A DNA stretch of 64,000 nucleotides from Eukaryota sp. GEM-RC1. Taxonomy: Eukaryota. Of the stretch, positions 55,752-64,000 are shown one piece after another (the first letter of the stretch is position 1; every line of letters starts with the position of its first letter). The notes beneath the pieces are model-generated. The model was not told where the DNA came from. It searched no databases and saw only the letters and a list, made by a program, of their open reading frames with translations. The stretch covers positions 2,356,001 to 2,420,000 of the forward strand of contig JAUFOQ010000005.1 in the NCBI GenBank assembly GCA_040285855.1, in the 5' to 3' direction. The position numbers were made by a program, and so were the translations under genes.

Positions 55752-58077
55752 AAAAAACGGGGTTTATGATCAGTCAGTGAAATAGATGCATTTGCAGAAG
55801 TTAATAACTAACAGACACTAACTAAAGTATCTAAACTACGATCCTTCTGTCCATCACCGAACAACTTACCTAAAATTGAATTAAAATATCTGTGCATTGA
55901 ACGAAACAACGCAAACGTTAACCTACTCAACCAAAAATTTTCATTGAAAACTTTACCATACTCAGCACACAATTTACCAAAGGAAGTTAAAAAACCTTGT
56001 GCAGCTGGTCCAATATTACCGTATATCGACATCGCAAAAGGTTGAAACACAAAAGAATTGTACCTGTCAACATTCAATTGGTTAATTAAGTGACAGTACT
56101 TTTGTATTTTTTCCTTTTTCAGCCACTTCAAGAGCAGAAAAATCATCATTAAAAATTTTGGACATTGATTTTGAATTACAAGGATCAACAATCGTGAAAA
56201 CAATGATAATTTCCTGACAAGCTAACCAAGGACCAATCAAATCACCACGACTTCTATCAACTTTTGGCTGATCAGAAAGATTAGCAAGTAAAGGTTCAAT
56301 TTTTCCATGAAAACCATTAGCCTTAAACATATCCAAACATGTATCCCGGATACTGTTGTGAATAATTGATCGAAAATGAATAAATTGATGACAGTTAACT
56401 AAATGATGAAAATTTGAAGCCTTTGAACGACCACAAAGACATGGAGAATGCTTCAAAAGACCTGAAGGCCATAAACCTAACCTAAGTCTCATGTTTATAA
56501 GCCATTCATGATCCTTAAGATTAAAACAAAATTTTCTTGGCAAACGAGAAACAAATGAAGACGCAGCGCTTGAAGAAATATCATTCAAAAATGCACAAAA
56601 AGCGGGACTCTTAGTCTTAGCCAAGCTAATACGGTTTTTAAAGTCCAAGCTTTCGTGAAACAAAACAAACTTCTTCTGTAACTTGCGAACACAGAAAGGC
56701 AAAGAGAAAATGCTTCTCTGCTGAATTTCTGTTACCCCAACAGGAAATAACTCTGACCACAAATTGGAGTCAAGACTATCAATTAATTTTTGAAGACTAA
56801 TTAACCATGCACAAGGTGAGTGAAGTAAAAAATCTTTCGTTTTCCATAACACAGGATAACGATTCTGAAATTCAAACAAAAAATTCTTTAGAGACCCCAA
56901 AAGGCACCATCACGCATGTTCTTAGCTTTCGTGAAACCAATACCACCAAAAGAAGTAGAAGTGAAACAATGAGAAGGAAGTGAAGAGTCTTTGTTACCAA
57001 CCAGATAACTAACAAAATTTGTGCGCAATGAATTAAAATTACGAGATAATTCGAGAGTTAGTTTAGGCGGTAAACCACGTAAAAAGTGATTAATTTTACC
57101 ACCAAAACAAACTTGCAGCATAGCAAAAGAAACTTGTTTGCCTACATCCAGATCAACGATTTGGTTAAGCTGCTGAAAGATACAATTATTCTTATGTGAT
57201 AAAGTCTCCTTAATTTTGTCATCATTACCAATATAATTGCCCAAAAACTTGACACATTCATCTGAATAATTGACAAACGGAATGGAAGATTCCCCAAAAT
57301 TCAAATCAACTGAAGAACGTTTAATGACAAACCAATACTTGAAGACAATTCAACAAAACGAGGAAAACTCGATTTAATGACTTCCAAAGGGCCAACCAAA
57401 GAGGTATCATCAGCATACGAGTTCAACCTTAATCCTGGGAATTCGCTTGAGAATTTGCGAAGAATTCTTGCAACGACAAACAGAAAAGAAAAAGGGCCCA
57501 AAGGATCACCTTGTTTCACACCACGAGTGGATGAAATTGTATGTTCGTGAAAAATTAATGAAGATGAATGACCATACATAATTTCAAAATAGGACAGTAA
57601 TTCAGGAAAATGATCTAACAGTTCCAAGTAGACCTGTGACCGATAAACACGATTGAACGCATTTTTGTAATCAACGTTCAATACATGATTTTCTGCATTT
57701 GAATTTAAAAAGATGTCAGTCATCAAACTAGCACTTATTGTACCATCTACAATTCCAATGCAAAACTGAAAAGGTCTGAAATATTCCACAGCCTTCCTTT
57801 TCACCCTATCAAAACAAATAGAAGAAAATAATCTACTCACACATTCGCCAATTGCAATTGGTCGAACACCATTACACGGTTTAGATACAGCTACTAAACC
57901 ACTATTTTTCAACGCAAGAGGAAATTTGTGTGGTTGTGAACAAATCAAATTGAAAAAGTATGCGAGGTCTTCAGCAACCTCAGGAGCATGTGTAACAGCA
58001 ATTTTAATATGGTCAAAGCTAAGACCCGATGGTCCAGCTGCTTTACCACTTTTAGCATTAGAAATGGCTTTCATAAT
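55752..58077 (-). mobile_element. Satellite-embedded CRE-like element, copy 5
   Basis: Same ends and duplication; longest ORFs (257 and 272 aa); 25-bp deletion between AATGACAA repeats at ~57325. Confidence 0.93.
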
Positions 58078-61000
58078 TCAGAGATATTGACAAGATCTGA
58101 ATGTAGTCAGCTCAAATGTACTCAGTTCAAGCAACAATACGGTCAGCAACATCTTGATTTAATAGTTGACAAGAACATGTTCCCTCTATTGCAAGTGTCG
58201 CTTAAACCATAACTAAACTGATCACAATATCTGTACAAATTGGAGCTTGGTGTTGATGTCTAGAATCAGAAATTAATTTGAGTAATGAATCTGATCTGTA
58301 GAATAGCTGAAGTGAGACCGCCCAATGAATTTGAATACAGTATAAAATATATGTGTTTCGATAAGCAGCTTGAATGGAATTGTTTTTGATTTATTGATGC
58401 CAAACTACGAGTCGTAGAGAAGTAATGATACTGTTTGTGAAATGTTGGAAACGAATAATTAAAAGGAATTCCACGCAGTGACAAACAGTTCATGTGTGAC
58501 ATTAATCAAAATTCAATCACTCCCTATACACGACAGACATCGTTTCAGGTACAGTTACAAAACAACATTAGATGCAAGTTAAATAGTGAACTGGAAGGAC
58601 ATGACCAGAATATTGGGTGTTGCTTTTATTGATAAGATCTGAATGTCAGCTCAAATGTAGTCAGTTCAAGCAACAATACGGTCAGCAACATCATGATTTA
58701 ATAGTTGACAAGAACACGTTCCCTCTATTGCAAGTGTCGCATAAACCATAACTAAACTGATCACAATATCTGTACAAATTGGAGCTTGGTGTTGATGTCT
58801 AGAATCAGAAATTAATTTGAGCAATGAATCTGACCTGTAGAATAGCTGAAGTGAGACCGCCCAATGAATTTGAATACAGTATAAAATATATGTGTTTCGA
58901 TAAGCAGCTTGAATGGAATTGTTTTTGATTTATTGATGCCAAACTACGAGTCGTAGAGAAGTAATGATACTGTTTGTGAAATGTTGGAAACGAATAATTA
59001 AAAGGAATTCCACGCAGTGACAAACAGTTCATGTGTGACATTAATCAAAATTCAATCACTCCCTATACACGACAGACATCGTTTCAGGTACAGTTACAAA
59101 ACAACATTAGTTGCAAGTTAAATAGTGAACTGGAAGGACATGGCCAGAATATTGGGTGTTGCTTTTATTGATAAGATCTGAATGTCAGCTCAAATGTAGT
59201 CAGTTCAAGCAACAATACGGTCAGCAACATCATGATTTAATAGTTGACAAGAACATGTTCCCTCTATTGCAAGTGTCGCATAAACCATAACTAAACTGAT
59301 CACAATATCTGTACAAATTGGAGCTTGGTGTTGATGTCTAGAATCAAAAATTAATTTGAGCAATGAATCTGATCTGTAGAATAGCTGAAGTCAGACTGAC
59401 CATTGAATTTGAATACAATAAATATACTCAGAGATACTGATAAGATCTGAATGTAGTCAGCTCAAATGTACTCAGTTCAAGCAACAATACGGTCAGCAAC
59501 ATCATGATTTAATAGTTGACAAGAACATGTTCCCTCTATTGCAAGTGTCGCATAAACCATAACTAAACCGATCACAATATCTGTACAAATTGGAGCTTGG
59601 TGTTGATGTCTAGAATCAAAAATTAATTTGAGCAATGAATCTGATCTGTAGAATAGCTGAAGTGAGACTGACTATTGAATTTGAATACAATCAAAATTAC
59701 TCAGAGATATTGATAAGATCTGAATGTAGTCAGCTCAAATGTACTCAGTTCAAGCAACAATACGGTCAGCAACATTATGATTTAATAGTTGACAAGAACA
59801 TATTCCATCTACTGCAAGTGTCGCGTAAACCATAACTAAACCGATCACAATATCTGTACAAATTGGAGCTTGGTGTTGACGTCTAGAATCAGAAATTAAT
59901 TTGAGCAATGAATCTGATCTGTAGAATAGCTGAAGTCAGACTGACCATTGAATTTGAATACAATAAATATACTCAGAGATATTGATAAGATCTGAATGTA
60001 GTCAGCTCAAATGTACTCAGTTCAAGCAACAATACGGTCAGCAACATCTTGATTTAATAGTTGACAAGAACATGTTCCCTCTATTGCAAGTGTCGCTTAA
60101 ACCATAACTAAACTGATCACAATATCTGTACAAATTGGAGCTTGGTGTTGATGTCTAGAATCAGAAATTAATTTGAGTAATGAATCTGATCTGTAGAATA
60201 GCTGAAGTGAGACCGCCCAATGAATTTGAATACAGTATAAAATATATGTGTTTCGATAAGCAGCTTGAATGGAATTGTTTTGATTTATTGATGCCAAACT
60301 ACGAGTCGTAGAGAAGTAATGATACTGTTTGTGAAATGTTGGAAACGAATAATTAAAAGGAATTCCACGCAGTGACAAACAGTTCATGTGTGACATTAAT
60401 CAAAATTCAATCACTCCCTATACACGACAGACATCGTTTCAGGTACAGTTACAAAACAACATTAGTTGCAAGTTAAATAGTGAACTGGAAGGACATGACC
60501 AGAATATTGGGTGTTGCTGTTATTGATAAGATCTGAATGTAGTCAGCTCAAATGTACTCAGTTCAAGCAACAATACGGTCAGCAACATCATGATTTAATA
60601 GTTGACAAGAACATGTTCCCTCTATTGCAAGTGTCGCATAAACCATAACTAAACCGATCACAATATCTGTACAAATTGGAGCTTGGTGTTGACGTCTAGA
60701 ATCAGAAATTAATTTGAGCAATGAATCTGATCTGTAGAATAGCTGAAGTCAGACTGACCATTGAATTTGAATACAATAAATATACTCAGAGATATTGATA
60801 AGATCTGAATGTAGTCAGCTCAAATGTACTCAGTTCAAGCAACAATACGGTCAGCAACATCTTGATTTAATAGTTGACAAGAACATGTTCCCTCTATTGC
60901 AAGTGTCGCTTAAACCATAACTAAACTGATCACAATATCTGTACAAATTGGAGCTTGGTGTTGATGTCTAGAATCAGAAATTAATTTGAGTAATGAATCT

Positions 61001-62695
61001 GATCTGTAGAATAGCTGAAGTGAGACCGCCCAATGAATTTGAATACAGTATAAAATATATGTGTTTCGATAAGCAGCTTGAATGGAATTGTTTTTGATTT
61101 ATTGATGCCAAACTACGAGTCGTAGAGAAGTAATGATACTGTTTGTGAAATGTTGGAAACGAATAATTAAAAGGAATTCCACGCAGTGACAAACAGTTCA
61201 TGTGTGACATTAATCAAAATTCAATCACTCCCTATACACGACAGACATCGTTTCAGGTACAGTTACAAAACAACATTAGTTGCAAGTTAAATAGTGAACT
61301 GGAAGGACATGACCAGAATATTGGGTGTTGCTTTTATTGATAATATCTGAATGTCAGCTCAAATGTAGTCAGTTCAAGCAACAATACGGTCAGCAACATC
61401 TTGATTTAATAGTTGACAAGAACATGTTCCCTCTATTGCAAGGGTCGCTTAAACCATAACTAAGCTGATCACAATATCTGTACAAATTGGAGCTTGGTGT
61501 TGATGTCTAGAATCAGAAATTAATTTGAGCAATGAATCTGATCTGTAGAATAGCTGAAGTCAGACTGACCATTGAATTTGAATACAATAAATATACTCAG
61601 AGATATTGATAAGATCTGAATGTAGTCAGCTCAAATGTACTCAGTTCAAGCAACAATACGGTCAGCAACATCATGATTTAATAGTTGACAAGAACACGTT
61701 CCCTCTATTGCAAGTGTTGCATAAACCATAACTAAACTGATCACAATATCTGTACAAATTGGAGCTTGGTGTTGATGTCTAGAATCAGAAATTAATTTGA
61801 GCAATGAATCTGATCTGTAGAATAGCTGAAGTCAGACTGACCATTGAATTTGAATACAATAAATATACTCAGAGATATTGATAAGATCTGAATGTAGTCA
61901 GCTCAAATGTACTCAGTTCAAGCAACAATACGGTCAGCAACATCTTGATTTAATAGTTGACAAGAACATGTTCCCTCTATTGCAAGTGTCGCTTAAACCA
62001 TAACTAAACTGATCACAATATCTGTACAAATTGGAGCTTGGTGTTGATGTCTAGAATCAGAAATTAATTTGAGCAATGAATCTGATCTGTAGAATAGCTG
62101 AAGTCAGACTGACCATTGAATTTGAATACAATAAATATACTCAGAGATATTGATAAGATCTGAATGTAGTCAGCTCAAATGTACTCAGTTCAAGCAACAA
62201 TACGGTCAGCAACATCTTGATTTAATAGTTGACAAGAACATGTTCCCTCTATTGCAAGTGTCGCTTAAACCATAACTAAGCTGATCACAATATCTGTACA
62301 AATTGGAGCTTGGTGTTGACGTCTAGAATCAGAAATTAATTTGAGCAATGAATCTGATCTGTAGAATAGCTGAAGTCAGACTGACCATTGAATTTGAATA
62401 CAATAAATATACTCAGAGATATTGATGAGATCTGAATGTAGTCAGCTCAAATGTACTCAGTTCAAGCAACAATACGGTCAGCAACATCTTGATTTAATAG
62501 TTGACAAGAACATGTTCCCTCTATTGCAAGTGTCGCTTAAACCATAACTAAGCTGATCACAATATCTGTACAAATTGGAGCTTGGTGTTGATGTCTAGAA
62601 TCAGAAATTAATTTGAGCAATGAATCTGGTCTGTAGAATAGCTGAAGTGAGACTGACTATTGAATTTGAATACAATCAAAATTACTCAGAGATAT

Positions 62696-64000
62696 AAAAA
62701 ACGGGGTTTATGATCAGTCAGTGAAATAGATGCATTTGCAGAAGTTAATAACTAACAGACACTAACTAAAGTATCTAAACTACGATCCTTCTGTCCATCA
62801 CCGAACAACTTACCTAAAATTGAATTAAAATATCTGTGCATTGAACGAAACAACGCAAACGTTAACCTACTCAACCAAAAATTTTCATTGAAAACTTTAC
62901 CATACTCAGCACACAATTTACCAAAGGAAGTTAAAAAACCTTGTGCAGCTGGTCCAATATTACCGTATATCGACATCGCAAAAGGTTGAAACACAAAAGA
63001 ATTGTACCTGTCAACATTCAATTGGTTAATTAAGTGACAGTACTTTGTATTTTTTCCTTTTCAGCCACTTCAAGAGCAGAAAAATCATCATTAAAAATTT
63101 TGGAAATTGATCTTGAACTACAAGGATCAACAATCGACAATCGTGAAAACCATGATAATTTCCTGACAAGCTAACCAAGGACCAATCAAATCACCACGAC
63201 TTCTATCAACTTTTTGCTGATCAGAAAGATTAGCAAGTAAAGGTTCAATTTTTCCATGAAAACCATTAGCCTTAAACATATCCAAACATGTATCCCGGAT
63301 ACTGTTGTGAATAATTGATCGAAAATGAATAAATTGATGACAGTTAACTAAATGATGAAAATTTGAAGCCTTTGAACGACCACAAAGACATGGAGAATGC
63401 TTCAAAAGACCTGAAGGCCATAAACCTAACCTAAGTCTCATGTTTATAAGCCATTCATGATCCTTAAGATTAAAACAAAATTTTCTTGGCAAACGAGAAA
63501 CAAATGAAGACGCAGCGCTTGAAGAAATATCATTCAAAAATGCACAAAAAGCGGGACTCTTAGTCTTAGCCAAGCTAATACGGTTTTTAAAGTCCAAGCT
63601 TTCGTGAAACAAAACAAACTTCTTCTGTAACTTGCGAACACAGAAAGGCAAAGAGAAAATGCTTCTCTGCTGAATTTCTGTTACCCCAACAGGAAATATC
63701 TCTGACCACAAATTGGAGTCAAGACTATCAATTAATTTTTGAAGACTAATTAACCATGCACAAGGTGAGTGAAGTAAAAAATCTTTCGTTTTCCATAACA
63801 CAGGATAACGATTCTGAAATTAAAACAAAAAATTCTTTAGAGACCCCAAAAGGCACCATCACGCATGTTCTTAGCTTTCGTGAAACCTATACCACCAAAA
63901 GAAGTAGAAGTGAAACCATGAGAAGGAAGTGAAGAGTCTTTGTTACCAACCAGATAACTTACAAAATTTGTGAGCAATGAATTAAAATTACGAGATAATT
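62696..64000 (-). mobile_element. Satellite-embedded CRE-like element, copy 6 (5' part beyond window)
   Basis: Same 3' junction TCAGAGATAT|AAAAAACGGGG; endonuclease and zinc-knuckle ORFs 62752-63801. Confidence 0.92.

Larger units (their letters stand above)
16443..64000. repeat. Satellite array of 273/272-bp A monomers with about 30 interspersed 287-bp B segments, interrupted by retroelement copies; continues beyond the right edge
   Basis: Recurrent 273-bp spacing (e.g. 33212, 33485, 33758, 34031, 34304) and 539-bp A+B spacing (35908/36447, 58266/58805). Monomers differ only by scattered variants. Confidence 0.97.

Noticed and set aside
17458..59835. Repeated 66-aa ORF MNLICRIAEV... and 78-aa ORF MSHMNCLS... 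as real genes
   Set aside because: By-products of the satellite. They are broken by common 272-bp and stop variants and have no recognisable domain. The 273 = 3x91 length is not kept in frame, and the frames I translated contain stops.
16443..62695. CRISPR array, or retron/DGR-like RT-plus-repeat system
   Set aside because: Units are 273-bp near-identical monomers with no unique spacers and no cas genes. The RT is a eukaryotic non-LTR type with zinc knuckle and RLE domain, and there is no TR/VR pair with adenine-specific variation.

Overview
AT-rich, apparently intron-poor microbial eukaryote DNA, probably a long-read assembly, because host genes are broken by 1-bp indels in homopolymers. 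The window has three zones. (1) 1-8.1 kb: two minus-strand host signalling genes, a PAS-containing histidine kinase that runs off the left edge and a ~1800-aa TmcB/TmcC-like multi-pass membrane protein. They share a 43-bp upstream motif. (2) 8.6-16.4 kb: nested mobile DNA, with a complete hAT DNA transposon (19-bp TIRs, 8-bp TSD) inserted in a retroelement remnant, followed by degenerate CRE-like (RT + restriction-like endonuclease) non-LTR retrotransposon pieces. (3) 16.4-64 kb: a satellite array of 273/272-bp 'A' monomers interspersed with about 30 copies of a 287-bp 'B' segment. Six copies of one 2.35-kb minus-strand CRE-like element sit at the same base of the A monomer, with a 10-bp duplication TCAGAGATAT and identical 5' ends. 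Shared disabling mutations, including a probable catalytic Asp-to-Val change in the endonuclease, indicate one insertion later amplified with the satellite (3.99-kb higher-order repeat). The function of the array, whether centromeric satellite or small/SL-RNA gene array, cannot be decided from sequence alone.
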